This document shows, one piece after another, positions 30,315 to 40,219 of a DNA stretch of 62,744 nt. The stretch is from Clostridia bacterium. GTDB taxonomy: Bacteria; Bacillota; Clostridia; UMGS1883. The stretch spans positions 1-62,744 of the forward strand of contig JBJDXJ010000016.1 in NCBI GenBank assembly GCA_051866635.1. Reading direction: 5' to 3'. A model generated the notes under the pieces. The model was not told where the DNA came from. It saw only the letters and a list, made by a program, of their open reading frames with translations, and did not search any database. Position 1 is the first letter of the stretch. Each line of letters begins with the position of its first letter. The translations under genes and the position numbers were made by a program.

Positions 30315-32213
30315 ATGAAAAGAAAGTCATTGCCCGTTTTCGGAAAAATTTACCTTGCAGGAAATCCCAACGTAGGAAAAAGCACACTGTTTAACGTCCT
30401 TACCTCCTCCCGTGTTCACACAGGAAACTGGGCAGGGAAAACAGTCTCCGTATCGGAAGGCTACGGGGTACATAACAAGAAAAAATATCTTATTTCAGAC
30501 CTTCCGGGCATTTCCTCCCTTTCCATACCCGATGCAGAAGAATTATCCGCATCTGAGGCAATTATAGAAGGTGACTGCGACTGCGTTATAATAGTGTGCG
30601 ATGCCACAAACATGACCCGTTCCCTCTGTCTTGCATTAAGGATTTTAGAATTAAAAAGTAGCTGTGTTCTTTGCGTAAACCTTTGCGATGAAGCAAATAA
30701 GAAGGGCATAACAATCGACTCGGAAGCTTTAAGTTTTATTTTGGGAATTCCCGTAATCCTTTGTTCTGCCCAAAGGAAAAAGGGCATTTCTCTCCTTATG
30801 GACGAATGTGAAAAAATCTGTATGGGAGCATCCTACACCCCTTTTTCGCCCCTTTACCCTCCTAATGTGGAAGACTATTTTGAAAGCACCCCCTACGAGA
30901 GAAAGGATGCTACAAGAAAGCAATATTCCTCTTTAAAGCTTCCCTTGGATATAAAAAAGGATATTTCCCTTAAAATTTCCGAAACTGCGGAAAAAATTGC
31001 AAAGGTAGTAACAAAAACAGATACTGCCAAATCAAAAGATATGTTTTTTGATAAAATCATCTGCTCACCTTTATTTTCAATACCCGTAATGTTTTTGTTT
31101 TTGTCCTTGATTTTGTATATCACAATGGTAGGTGCAAATTACCCTTCCAAGTTCTTGTCATATATTGCAGGGGAAGGGAAAATTTTTCTGTCCCGTGTTT
31201 TAAATGTTCCCCCTTTTATTAAAGGGGTATTAATAGAAGGTGTTTATTCAACCACCGCCACCGTTATCTCTGTAATGTTGCCGCCAATGGCAATCTTTTT
31301 TCCATTGTTTACCCTTTTGGAGGACTCGGGTTTTCTCCCCCGTATTGCCTTTAATTCAGACCCTGTTTTCAAAAAATGCGGCACAAGCGGAAAACAGTCT
31401 CTTTGCATATGTATGGGTTTGGGTTGTAACTGCGTTGGTATTTCAAATTCTGCAATTATTCCCTCCGAAAGTGAACGGCTTATTTCAATAATTACAAATT
31501 CCTTCACACCTTGTAACGGTAGATTTGGAGCAATTACCGCCGTTATTGCCTTTGTTTTTTCAGGAAATGTTGCCTCCTCTTTAGCACTTATTATAACATT
31601 GTGTTTTTCTTTTGCCGTAACACTTTTAGCATCGTTTCTTCTTTCAAAAACTGTTTTTAAAGGTAAGGAAGAAAGCTTTATTTTAGAGCTTCCCTCCTAC
31701 AGAAAGCCACGTATTTTTTCGGTTTTGATTTCATCCTTAAAGGATAGAACATTGCACATAATGTTACGTGCAATAAGCGTTGCGGCACCTGTTGGTGCTT
31801 TGATATACACGCTGAATTACTTCAATCTTTTATCACCTGTAGCATTATTTTTAAATCCCTTGGGAAAGCTTATGGGGCTTGACGGTGTAATACTTTTATC
31901 ATTTATTCTTGCTCTTCCCGCAAACGAAATAATTCTTCCTTCCATCCTTATGCTTTACAACAACGCTCCCCATATTCCCTCTGTTTCTTCCTCGGCACTT
32001 TTTATGACTCTTTCAAATTATGGCTGGACACTTTCAACTGTAGTATCGTTTATTATATTTACCCTTTGCCACTGGCCCTGTATAACGGCACTTATGACCA
32101 TAAAAAAGGAAACAAAGAGCATAAAATGGACAGTTTTATCATTTGTCGTACCGTTATTTTTCGGCGTTATTCTGTGCATAATTTCATCTTTGATATTTTC
32201 TCTTTTGGGGTGA
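30315..32213 (+). CDS. feoB: Ferrous iron transport protein B
   Basis: GNPNVGKS, TGNWAGKT, DLPG, NLCD G-motifs; LEDSGFLPR, PCNGR, FILELP, HWPC in the membrane domain. Confidence 0.92.
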   Translation: MKRKSLPVFGKIYLAGNPNVGKSTLFNVLTSSRVHTGNWAGKTVSVSEGYGVHNKKKYLISDLPGISSLSIPDAEELSASEAIIEGDCDCVIIVCDATNMTRSLCLALRILELKSSCVLCVNLCDEANKKGITIDSEALSFILGIPVILCSAQRKKGISLLMDECEKICMGASYTPFSPLYPPNVEDYFESTPYERKDATRKQYSSLKLPLDIKKDISLKISETAEKIAKVVTKTDTAKSKDMFFDKIICSPLFSIPVMFLFLSLILYITMVGANYPSKFLSYIAGEGKIFLSRVLNVPPFIKGVLIEGVYSTTATVISVMLPPMAIFFPLFTLLEDSGFLPRIAFNSDPVFKKCGTSGKQSLCICMGLGCNCVGISNSAIIPSESERLISIITNSFTPCNGRFGAITAVIAFVFSGNVASSLALIITLCFSFAVTLLASFLLSKTVFKGKEESFILELPSYRKPRIFSVLISSLKDRTLHIMLRAISVAAPVGALIYTLNYFNLLSPVALFLNPLGKLMGLDGVILLSFILALPANEIILPSILMLYNNAPHIPSVSSSALFMTLSNYGWTLSTVVSFIIFTLCHWPCITALMTIKKETKSIKWTVLSFVVPLFFGVILCIISSLIFSLLG

Positions 32214-32277
32214 ATATTATTAATTGCTTTGTGTAACAATATACACGTAGAATTTTCCTCTTTTGGAATAAAAAGAC

Positions 32278-32306
32278 TTGATTTTTTTTTTGAACCGTTG
32301 TATAAT
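32278..32306 (+). promoter_or_regulatory. sigma-A promoter of phosphoglucomutase
   Basis: TTGATT-17 bp-TATAAT. Confidence 0.6.
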
Positions 32307-32369
32307 ACTGCCCGAAGTATGTTTCGACAAAAACTGCTTTTATTGTCTATGGTATTGGAGATGACTTTT

Positions 32370-34037
32370 ATGAACAGAAATTATGAGAGATGGTTGAATT
32401 CAGAATATGTTGACGAAGCAACAAAAAAAGAGCTTCTTTCTATGACTGAAGAAGAAATCCATGACGCTTTTTATAAAGACATGGAGTTCGGTACCGCAGG
32501 TCTTCGAGGCATTATCGGACCGGGCACCAACCGTATAAATATTTACACAGTAAGAAAAGCCACACAAGGCTATGCGGAGTATCTCATGGACCATGAATTC
32601 CGTGAAGTTCGCCGCGGTGTTGTTATTGCTTACGACAACCGCCGTATGAGCTATGAATTTGCAGTGGCTACTGCCGGTGTATTTGCCGCAAACGGTATTA
32701 AGAGTTATCTTTTTGAATCTCTTCGTCCCACACCTGAGCTCAGCTTTGCAGTAAGACATCTTGACTGCTTTGCAGGCGTTGTTATTACAGCAAGCCACAA
32801 CCCTCCCGAGTATAACGGTTATAAGATTTATGACTCTCATGGCTGTCAGCTCACACCCGAATACTCTGACAAAGTTACTATCTGCGTTAACAGAATTGAA
32901 GATGAATTATCTGTTAAGTGTCTTACCTTGGAAGAAGCAGGTAACCTTATCCAGATTGTTGGCGAGGAAGTTGATGAACCTTACTACGAAGCTGTTAAAT
33001 CCATTCAGGTTAACCCGGATTTGGATAAGAGCGATTTGAAAATTGTTTATTCTCCCCAGCACGGTACCGGTAATGTTCCCGTAAGGCGTGTTCTTTCAGA
33101 TTTGGGTTACAATGTTATTCCCGTATTGGAACAGTGCAAGCCTGATACTGAATTTTCTAATACAAAGAGTCCTAACCCTGAAGTTCCGGCAGCTTACGAG
33201 CTTGCCATTGAAAAGGCAAAAGAAAATGATGCCGATATTATTATAACAACTGACCCTGACTGCGACAGACTTGGTGTGGCCGTTAAAAAGGACGGGGAAT
33301 ATATCCTTATGACAGGCAACCAGGGCGGTGCTGTTCTTCTTAAGTATATCTTAAGCCAGATGGCTGAAAAAGGCACCCTTCCCGACAACGGTCTTATTTT
33401 TAACACCGTTGTTACAAGCGACCTTGGTGACCGTGTTGCAGAAAAGTACGGTGTAGGCGTTGAAAAGACTCTTACAGGCTTTAAGTTCATAGGTGATAAA
33501 ATTCACAACCATAAACACTCCGACGGCAAGACGTTCCTCTTTGGCTACGAAGAAAGCTACGGTTACCTTATCGCTCCCTTTGTTCGTGACAAGGATGCTG
33601 TTCAGTCTTCTCTTATGCTTTGTGAAGCGGCAGCCTTCTACAAGGCACAGGGCAAAACACTTTATGATGCGTTAAACGATATTTATGCTGAATTCGGCTA
33701 TTATAAAGATCACCTTACAAGCGTTACAATCCCCGGTGAAGACGGTGCCGCAAGAATTAAGAAGATTCTTTCTGACCTTCGTTCCAATCCCAAGAGCACA
33801 GTTTACGGCATTAAGGTGAAAAAAGTTCAGGACTTCTCAACAGCGGAAATGATTGTTAGGGGCTTCCCAAAGAGCAATGTTTTAAAGTATATCTTAGAGG
33901 ACGGCACATGGATTGCAATTCGTCCTTCAGGTACAGAGCCTAAGTGTAAGTTCTACTATTCTATAGTATCAAAGGATCCTGCGGAAATCCCCGCAAAGCT
34001 TGAAGCTATCAGAAAAGAATTTGAACCTGAGTTATAA
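32370..34037 (+). CDS. pgm: Phosphoglucomutase / phospho-sugar mutase
   Basis: FGTAGLRG, TASHNP, DPDCDR, EESYG, RPSGTEPK. Start moved to ATG 32370 after GGAG. Confidence 0.93.
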   Translation: MNRNYERWLNSEYVDEATKKELLSMTEEEIHDAFYKDMEFGTAGLRGIIGPGTNRINIYTVRKATQGYAEYLMDHEFREVRRGVVIAYDNRRMSYEFAVATAGVFAANGIKSYLFESLRPTPELSFAVRHLDCFAGVVITASHNPPEYNGYKIYDSHGCQLTPEYSDKVTICVNRIEDELSVKCLTLEEAGNLIQIVGEEVDEPYYEAVKSIQVNPDLDKSDLKIVYSPQHGTGNVPVRRVLSDLGYNVIPVLEQCKPDTEFSNTKSPNPEVPAAYELAIEKAKENDADIIITTDPDCDRLGVAVKKDGEYILMTGNQGGAVLLKYILSQMAEKGTLPDNGLIFNTVVTSDLGDRVAEKYGVGVEKTLTGFKFIGDKIHNHKHSDGKTFLFGYEESYGYLIAPFVRDKDAVQSSLMLCEAAAFYKAQGKTLYDALNDIYAEFGYYKDHLTSVTIPGEDGAARIKKILSDLRSNPKSTVYGIKVKKVQDFSTAEMIVRGFPKSNVLKYILEDGTWIAIRPSGTEPKCKFYYSIVSKDPAEIPAKLEAIRKEFEPEL

Positions 34038-34054
34038 TAAAAACCCAAACAGCC

Positions 34055-34086
34055 AAAAAGAGATTTGCGTCTGCAAATCTCTTTTT
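34055..34086. terminator. Bidirectional intrinsic terminator (pgm/tex)
   Basis: AAAAAGAGATTTGC-GTCT-GCAAATCTCTTTTT. Confidence 0.88.
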
Positions 34087-34095
34087 TTGACTCTA

Positions 34096-36243
34096 TCATA
34101 CATCTCTCATACTAAGCGAAATTCTCTTTTTTGCCACATCAACCCCGATAACCTTTACCTTTACCACGTCACCCACGCTTAAAACCTCTGTGGGGTGCTT
34201 AATGAACTTATCGCAGATTTTTGAAATATGCACCAATCCGTCCTGATGTACGCCAATGTCCACAAAGGCACCGAAATCAATTACATTTCTGACCGTACCT
34301 TCCAAAACCATACCCTCCTTAAGACTTTCAATGCTGATTGAACCCGTACGAAGAAGGGGTTTTGGAAGCTCGTCACGGACATCTCTGCCGGGCTTTAAAA
34401 GGGTATGTGCTATATCATTTACAGTTACCATACCTATGTTGTATTTTTCAAGAACGCCCTTTAAATCAGCCTTTGAAAGGGCATCGGTGAACCCTGTAAG
34501 ATTGCCTTTCTTTACATCGTCCTTTGTATATCCGCAAATATTCAATATATCATTTGCGGCACCGTAGCTTTCGGGGTGTACGCTTGTATTGTCAAAAATT
34601 TCGTCACCCTCGCTTATACGCATAAAGCCTGCACACTGTAAAAAGGTCTTTTCACCAAGCTTTGCAACCTTTAAAAGCTCACGTCTCTTTTTAAATGCAC
34701 CGTTTTCTTCACGGTATTTTACTATGTTCTTTGCGATAGTGCCGTTAACACCTGCAATATGCTCCAAAAGTGATACAGAAGCAGTATTAAGGTCAACACC
34801 TACCTGGTTAACACATTCCTCCACAACACCATCCAAAGCTCCTGTCAGCTTTTTCTGGTTACAGTCGTGCTGATACTGACCCACACCTATGCTCTTAGGG
34901 TCAATCTTTACAAGCTCGGATAAAGGGTCCTGTAATCTTCTGGCAATAGAAACTGCACTACGAAGGGATACATCAAATTCGGGGAATTCTTCCGCTGCCA
35001 ATTTCGATGCACTGTACACGCTGGCACCGGCTTCGGAAACCACCATGTATTTTACATCACCGTTAAACTGACCTATAACTTCGCTTATGAATTCTTCGCT
35101 CTCCCCTGTTGCTGTGCCGTTACCGATGGAAACCACGTTTACGCCCCATCTTTTTATCATGTTTGTAATAAGCACCTTTGCCTTGTCCTTATCGTGGTTA
35201 GGAAGTGTAAAATATCCCACGCCTGTTTCCAGAACCTTACCTGTTGAATCAACAACTGCCAATTTACAGCCTGTTCTGTAGCCGGGGTCAACGCCTAAAA
35301 CTATCCTACCTTTTACAGGAGGTGACATAAGAAGATTTTTTAGGTTCAAGCTGAACAAGTCAATTGCCGCTTCCTGTGCTCTTTCAGTCAATATATTTCT
35401 TATTTCAGTATCAATTGAGGGTGCAATAAGACGCTTATAGCTATCTTCCATAGCTTCTCTTACAATATCTGCACATTGTCCGCCGTTGGCATTTATTACA
35501 TTTTCCGCCAAAGCATTGTACATTACATTTTCATCCGCATCAATTTTTACAGAAAGTACGCCTTCCTTTTCACCACGGTCCAAGGCAAGGATGCGGTGGT
35601 TTGCCACAGCATTGACCTTTTCACTAAATTCGTAATACATTTCGTAGGTGGGGTTTTCCTCTTTCTTTGTGCTGGAAATAAGTGCTGTCACATATGTTTT
35701 AGCCCTGACCTTTTTTCTGTTTTCAGCATCATCTGAAATCATTTCGGCGATAATATCCTTTGCACCACAGAGTGCATCTTCTACAGTTTCAACGCCCTTT
35801 TCACCATCTATGTACTTTTCCGCTTCTTTATAGGGGTCAAAACTGTTAAGCTGAAGAAAGATAGCATTTGCCAAAGGTTCCAAGCCCTTTTCCTTTGCAA
35901 TTGTGGCTCTTGTTCTTCTTTTCGGTCTGAAAGGTCGATAGATATCCTCAACCTCTGTTACTGTTTTTGCGTTTTCAATCTGCACCTTTAATTCATCAGT
36001 CAATTTTCCCTGTTCGTCAATAAGGCGGATAACATCTGCCTTTTTCTCCTCCAAGGCACGCAGTGCTTCCAGTTTATCAGCGAACTTACGAAGAAGCTGG
36101 TCGTCCATTGCACCTGTAAGCTCTTTACGGTAACGGGCAATAAAGGGTATGGTATTTCCTTCATCTAAAAGTTTTACAACATTTTCCCCGTGCTCTTCCT
36201 TTATATTAAATTCAGCACATAAACTTTTTGTAATGCTATCCAT
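34096..36243 (-). CDS. tex: Tex family RNA-binding transcriptional accessory protein
   Basis: GNTIPFIARYRKE, GVDPGYRTGCK, SIGVGQYQHD, C-terminal S1 domain. Confidence 0.96.
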   Translation of the reverse strand: MDSITKSLCAEFNIKEEHGENVVKLLDEGNTIPFIARYRKELTGAMDDQLLRKFADKLEALRALEEKKADVIRLIDEQGKLTDELKVQIENAKTVTEVEDIYRPFRPKRRTRATIAKEKGLEPLANAIFLQLNSFDPYKEAEKYIDGEKGVETVEDALCGAKDIIAEMISDDAENRKKVRAKTYVTALISSTKKEENPTYEMYYEFSEKVNAVANHRILALDRGEKEGVLSVKIDADENVMYNALAENVINANGGQCADIVREAMEDSYKRLIAPSIDTEIRNILTERAQEAAIDLFSLNLKNLLMSPPVKGRIVLGVDPGYRTGCKLAVVDSTGKVLETGVGYFTLPNHDKDKAKVLITNMIKRWGVNVVSIGNGTATGESEEFISEVIGQFNGDVKYMVVSEAGASVYSASKLAAEEFPEFDVSLRSAVSIARRLQDPLSELVKIDPKSIGVGQYQHDCNQKKLTGALDGVVEECVNQVGVDLNTASVSLLEHIAGVNGTIAKNIVKYREENGAFKKRRELLKVAKLGEKTFLQCAGFMRISEGDEIFDNTSVHPESYGAANDILNICGYTKDDVKKGNLTGFTDALSKADLKGVLEKYNIGMVTVNDIAHTLLKPGRDVRDELPKPLLRTGSISIESLKEGMVLEGTVRNVIDFGAFVDIGVHQDGLVHISKICDKFIKHPTEVLSVGDVVKVKVIGVDVAKKRISLSMRDV

Positions 36244-36306
36244 TTTTTCATCCTCTTTCTAATACTATCATATACCTTATTGTACCATATTTTTATTAAA
36301 AAGTAA

Positions 36307-36330
36307 AGAACTCCGTATTAACGGAGTTCT
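36307..36330 (-). terminator. Intrinsic terminator after the DUF378 gene
   Basis: AGAACTCCGT-ATTA-ACGGAGTTCT followed by a U-rich tract on the minus strand. Confidence 0.75.
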
Positions 36331-36338
36331 GCACGGTT

Positions 36339-36548
36339 TTATCTGTGGCTTTCGCTCATGGGCACCTTGTCTTTGAATAGAAGTGTAATCGCCCACAGTC
36401 CTGCCAATCCTACAACCGTGAAAATGATACGACTGATAAGTGAACCCTGTCCGCCGAAAAGCATACCTACCAAATCAACACCGAAAAGTCCGATAGAGCC
36501 CCAGTTCAGAGCGCCTATAATCACAAGTATCAACGCTGTATTATCCAT
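36339..36548 (-). CDS. DUF378 family small membrane protein (YuzA-like)
   Basis: ALILVIIGALNWG..GLFG.DLV..LFG signature. Start at ATG 36548 after AGGAG. Confidence 0.9.
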   Translation of the reverse strand: MDNTALILVIIGALNWGSIGLFGVDLVGMLFGGQGSLISRIIFTVVGLAGLWAITLLFKDKVPMSESHR

Positions 36549-36586
36549 GTACATACTCCTTCTGTTTTTATTTTGGTCTCTGTACA

Positions 36587-36615
36587 TATTATAACCTGCT
36601 TTTAATTATTTATGC
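36587..36615 (-). promoter_or_regulatory. Possible forespore (sigma-G/F type) promoter of the DUF378 gene
   Basis: GCATA-17 bp-TATAATA. Confidence 0.4.
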
Positions 36616-36624
36616 ATATCTTTA

Positions 36625-37473
36625 TCAATTGTATTCAAATTCAAAACTTGCTCTGTCGCTTACAAACTCAATTAAAACCTCTCCCCTATGGGAAAATCTG
36701 TAATACGCCTTACATGAAGGACTTTCGTGGATGGTCCGTTTCATCTCGCCCTTTATGGGTGCATAAAGAGGCTGAGCGTTTTTTTCAATAAGATTTGCGT
36801 AAAATTCATAGTCCCCTTGTTTAACTAAAACTGTATTGTCAGTTATATGAATTAATTTTGCACCCAGGTACGTGGCAATCCTGTATTCCTTTTTATCAAT
36901 CATCACAACACCTATAATGCCCGTAAAATGAATGCCCGACAGGGGAATGTCCGCAACAGAGAGCATCAGGGAACAATTTTTATAACAGCACTGGGTCCAT
37001 ACATACTTTTTTGGGAAAGAACTGCCGCTGTCGCCTTCAATATAACCAATCCCATTTTGAAAATCAAGCAGCTCACCTCCTACATTCATTTGCCCTGAAA
37101 CATTATGTTTCATACTGTAAACGCTGTGACTGCACTGCATAAAGGGCACAAAGCGGAAAGGTCCCATAATTGGGTATTTTATTGGCAAAAGCTGCCCAAA
37201 TTTAAGCTCGCCTTTAAAAGTTAAATTATCGTTTTCTATATCTATTTTTACGCCATTTTCAGAGAAAACACAGTTTTCAAATTTTATGCATAAGGGCTTT
37301 TCGGAGTATTCCAAATAATTTCCCGAAATGTTAAAAGCACCCTTATCGGTTATTATTTGCAGTGAAGATGTTGTATTTGTACCACTGCGGTGATACGCCG
37401 GGATAAAGGCAATTGTCCGTCCGTTTCCGGAGCATTTAAAGTACCAGCCTTTAAAATATTGGCTTTTAAACAT
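36625..37473 (-). CDS. Tocopherol cyclase-like family protein
   Basis: YFKGWYFK, IMGPF..VPFMQCSH, GYIEGDSGSSFPKKYVWTQ pattern; GGAGG RBS. Confidence 0.75.
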   Translation of the reverse strand: MFKSQYFKGWYFKCSGNGRTIAFIPAYHRSGTNTTSSLQIITDKGAFNISGNYLEYSEKPLCIKFENCVFSENGVKIDIENDNLTFKGELKFGQLLPIKYPIMGPFRFVPFMQCSHSVYSMKHNVSGQMNVGGELLDFQNGIGYIEGDSGSSFPKKYVWTQCCYKNCSLMLSVADIPLSGIHFTGIIGVVMIDKKEYRIATYLGAKLIHITDNTVLVKQGDYEFYANLIEKNAQPLYAPIKGEMKRTIHESPSCKAYYRFSHRGEVLIEFVSDRASFEFEYN

Positions 37474-37532
37474 TTTTTACCTCCACAAGTTTTATCTATA
37501 TTATTTCGCCCTTTTAAGTAAATATACAAAAA

Positions 37533-37573
37533 CAGAGCATATTGACTGCCCAAAATGGGTTCAATATGCTCTG
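37533..37573 (-). terminator. Intrinsic terminator after glgP
   Basis: CAGAGCATATTGA / TCAATATGCTCTG stem followed by a U-tract on the minus strand. Confidence 0.8.
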
Positions 37574-37589
37574 CTTAAATTTGTACTAA

Positions 37590-40091
37590 TTACTTCTTTG
37601 CAGTTTTCTTAGCAGTTTCTTTGCTTTTTTCAGCATTATCATACTTTGTAAGGTGCCAAATCTTATCGTTATATTCTTCGATAGTTCTGTCAGAGGAGAA
37701 GAAGCCACTCTTAGCTACGTTAAGAATTGCTTTCTTTGTCCATGTCTTCTGGTCACGGTATTCTGTGTCAATTCTCTTCTGAGCTTCAACATAGCTTTCA
37801 AAGTCACGGATTACCATGTAGTTATCGGAAACACTTCTGTCGCCGAATACAAGAGACTGGTAAATGTCGTAGTAATAGTTTTCGCTGTTGAAAGTACCGT
37901 TAATAAGAAGGTCCAACACTCTTCTTATTCTGGGATTGGAAGCATAGATTTCCTGGCTGGAAGCTGTTTCAAATCTCTTAGCCTTTTCAACTTCATCACT
38001 TGTCATACCGAAGATAAACATGTTTTCTGTGCCTACGCACTGGCTCATTTCAACATTAGCACCGTCCATAGTACCTACAGTCAAAGCACCGTTAGCCATA
38101 AACTTCATGTTACCTGTACCTGATGCTTCAAGACCTGCTGTGGAAATCTGTTCACTGATTTCAGCGGCAGGAATAATCATCTGTGCAAGTGTTACGCCGT
38201 AGTTTTCAACGAACACAACCTTAATCTTGCCCTTAATGTCGGGGTCGTTATTAACAACCTTCGCAACGTCATTGATAAGCTTGATTATAAGCTTTGCTCT
38301 CTTATAGGCTCTTGCAGCCTTTGCACCGAAAATGAATGTATGAGGAACAATATCCATATCGGGGTTCTTCTTAAGCTGGTCGTAAAGGTAAATAACATGA
38401 AGAATATTAAGAAGCTGACGCTTATATTCATGAAGTCTCTTTACGTGAACGTCAAATATAGAATTAGGATCGATTTCAACACCGTTGTGTTCCTTGATAT
38501 ATGCGGCAAGTTCCTTTTTCTTTTCAAGCTTTACAGCCATAAACTTCTTCTGGAATGTTTCATCTTCAGCATAGGGTACAAGCTTTTCAAGAAGCATGGG
38601 ATCCTTTTCCCAGCCTTCGCCTATTGTCTTTGTAATAAGTGCAGACAGCTGAGGGTTAGCAAGACGAAGCCAACGGCGGTATGTGATACCGTTTGTAATA
38701 GCTGTAAACTTTTCAGGTTCAAGGTGATAATAGTCTTTAAATATATCCTTCTTAAGGATTTCTGTGTGAAGTTCACTTACGCCGTTTACCTTATGACAGC
38801 AGCAAAGGCAAAGATTTGCCATGGAAACGTAACCGTGAGCAATAACAGCCATGTAGTTAATCTTGCCCCAGTCATAGCCGTAAGTTACAATAAGCTTTTC
38901 CTGTAATCTTCTGTTGATTTCTTCCAAAATCATCCAGATACGGGGAAGAAGTCTCTGAATAAGTTCCATAGGCCACTTTTCAAGAGCTTCGGAAAGAACT
39001 GTGTGGTTTGTGTACGCAAATGTCTTTGTACAGATGTCCCAAGCCTGATCCCAGCTCATGCTTTCCTGGTCCATAAGAAGTCTCATAAGTTCGGGGATTG
39101 CAATTGCAGGATGTGTATCATTAATATGAAGTGCAACGTAGTCAGCAAGCTTTGATACATCGGGACCGTGGTGACGCTTATAACGCTGAAGAATCCACTG
39201 GAGTGTACAGGATACAAAGAAATACTGCTGACGTAGTCTCAACTCCTTACCCTGCTCGTTATTATCTTCGGGGTAAAGAACCTTGCTTATAGCTTCTGCC
39301 ATAGCCTTTTCTTCTACAGCCTTTACGTGGTTACCTGAACTGAATATATCAAATTCTGTCTGGATATCGCTGTTAGCCTTTGCAGACCAAAGACGAAGTG
39401 TATTTACAAGCTTTGCATCGTAGCCTGAAATGGGCATATCGTAGGGCACACCGATAACATCTGTTGTATCAATATATTCGGGATGCATCTTGCCGTCAGC
39501 ACCTGTAATCATGTTAACACGACCGCCGAAACGAACAATCTGACTTTCTTCGGGTCTTGCGATTTCCCACATATCACCATCAATAAGCCAATCGTCATAC
39601 ATTTCTACCTGTTCGCCGTCAACTATTCTCTGCTTAAAGAGACCGTATTCATAACGGATGGAACAACCGAATGCGGGAAGGTTAAGTGTAGTTAAAGAAT
39701 CGATAAAGCAAGCCGCAAGACGACCGAGACCACCGTTACCTAAGCCTGCATCTCTTTCCTGGTCGGAAATTTCAGCCAAAGAAACACCCATAGATTCAAA
39801 CACAGCCTCATAATCTTCTGTAAGACCAATGTTCAAAAGATTGTTACCTAAAGCACGTCCCATCAGAAATTCGAAAGAAAGATAGAATACTTCTTTATTC
39901 TGAAGTGTTCTCTGTGCTCTTCTGTATTCAGTCCACTTTGTTACAATTTTATCTCTGACTGTCAATGCAGCAGCCTTATAAATATGTGCAGGTGTTGCAT
40001 CCTCCAATGTTCTGCCGTAGTTACGGCTGAGCTTGCCGAGAATTTCCTCCTTAAGCACCTGCTGTGCTGCTGTAAGTTCTTTTTTGCTCAT
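37590..40091 (-). CDS. glgP: Glycogen/starch phosphorylase
   Basis: GLGNGGLGRLAAC, INDTHP, KRLHEYKRQ, EASGTGNMK (PLP lysine). Confidence 0.97.
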   Translation of the reverse strand: MSKKELTAAQQVLKEEILGKLSRNYGRTLEDATPAHIYKAAALTVRDKIVTKWTEYRRAQRTLQNKEVFYLSFEFLMGRALGNNLLNIGLTEDYEAVFESMGVSLAEISDQERDAGLGNGGLGRLAACFIDSLTTLNLPAFGCSIRYEYGLFKQRIVDGEQVEMYDDWLIDGDMWEIARPEESQIVRFGGRVNMITGADGKMHPEYIDTTDVIGVPYDMPISGYDAKLVNTLRLWSAKANSDIQTEFDIFSSGNHVKAVEEKAMAEAISKVLYPEDNNEQGKELRLRQQYFFVSCTLQWILQRYKRHHGPDVSKLADYVALHINDTHPAIAIPELMRLLMDQESMSWDQAWDICTKTFAYTNHTVLSEALEKWPMELIQRLLPRIWMILEEINRRLQEKLIVTYGYDWGKINYMAVIAHGYVSMANLCLCCCHKVNGVSELHTEILKKDIFKDYYHLEPEKFTAITNGITYRRWLRLANPQLSALITKTIGEGWEKDPMLLEKLVPYAEDETFQKKFMAVKLEKKKELAAYIKEHNGVEIDPNSIFDVHVKRLHEYKRQLLNILHVIYLYDQLKKNPDMDIVPHTFIFGAKAARAYKRAKLIIKLINDVAKVVNNDPDIKGKIKVVFVENYGVTLAQMIIPAAEISEQISTAGLEASGTGNMKFMANGALTVGTMDGANVEMSQCVGTENMFIFGMTSDEVEKAKRFETASSQEIYASNPRIRRVLDLLINGTFNSENYYYDIYQSLVFGDRSVSDNYMVIRDFESYVEAQKRIDTEYRDQKTWTKKAILNVAKSGFFSSDRTIEEYNDKIWHLTKYDNAEKSKETAKKTAKK

Positions 40092-40162
40092 TTATCAAAA
40101 ACCCCTTTTTTTTATTACTGGGATGGCGTGCCAATACGACACGCCACACACATATCTCCCAC

Positions 40163-40191
40163 ATTTTACAACAAAATACAGGATAAGTCAA
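40163..40191 (-). promoter_or_regulatory. Internal sigma-A promoter of glgP
   Basis: TTGACT-17 bp-TAAAAT in the glgA-glgP intergenic region. Confidence 0.65.
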
Positions 40192-40219
40192 TATAATAAT
40201 ATACGAAATTATGCCATAA

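Noticed and set aside
32229-32369. N-terminal extensions in the ORF track (pgm, glgA, response regulator, acetyltransferase-GT4, dispanin)
   Set aside because: The extensions cross promoters or upstream genes, and downstream ATGs have clear RBSs.
37546-37563. TG...CA segment in the loop of the glgP terminator as a second IS3-type scar
   Set aside because: Too short and degenerate to tell apart from an ordinary hairpin extension.
40095-40161. preQ1-like riboswitch (stem followed by A-tract) before glgP
   Set aside because: It lacks the conserved preQ1-I loop sequence and the gene context is unrelated. Kept only as an unassigned structure.
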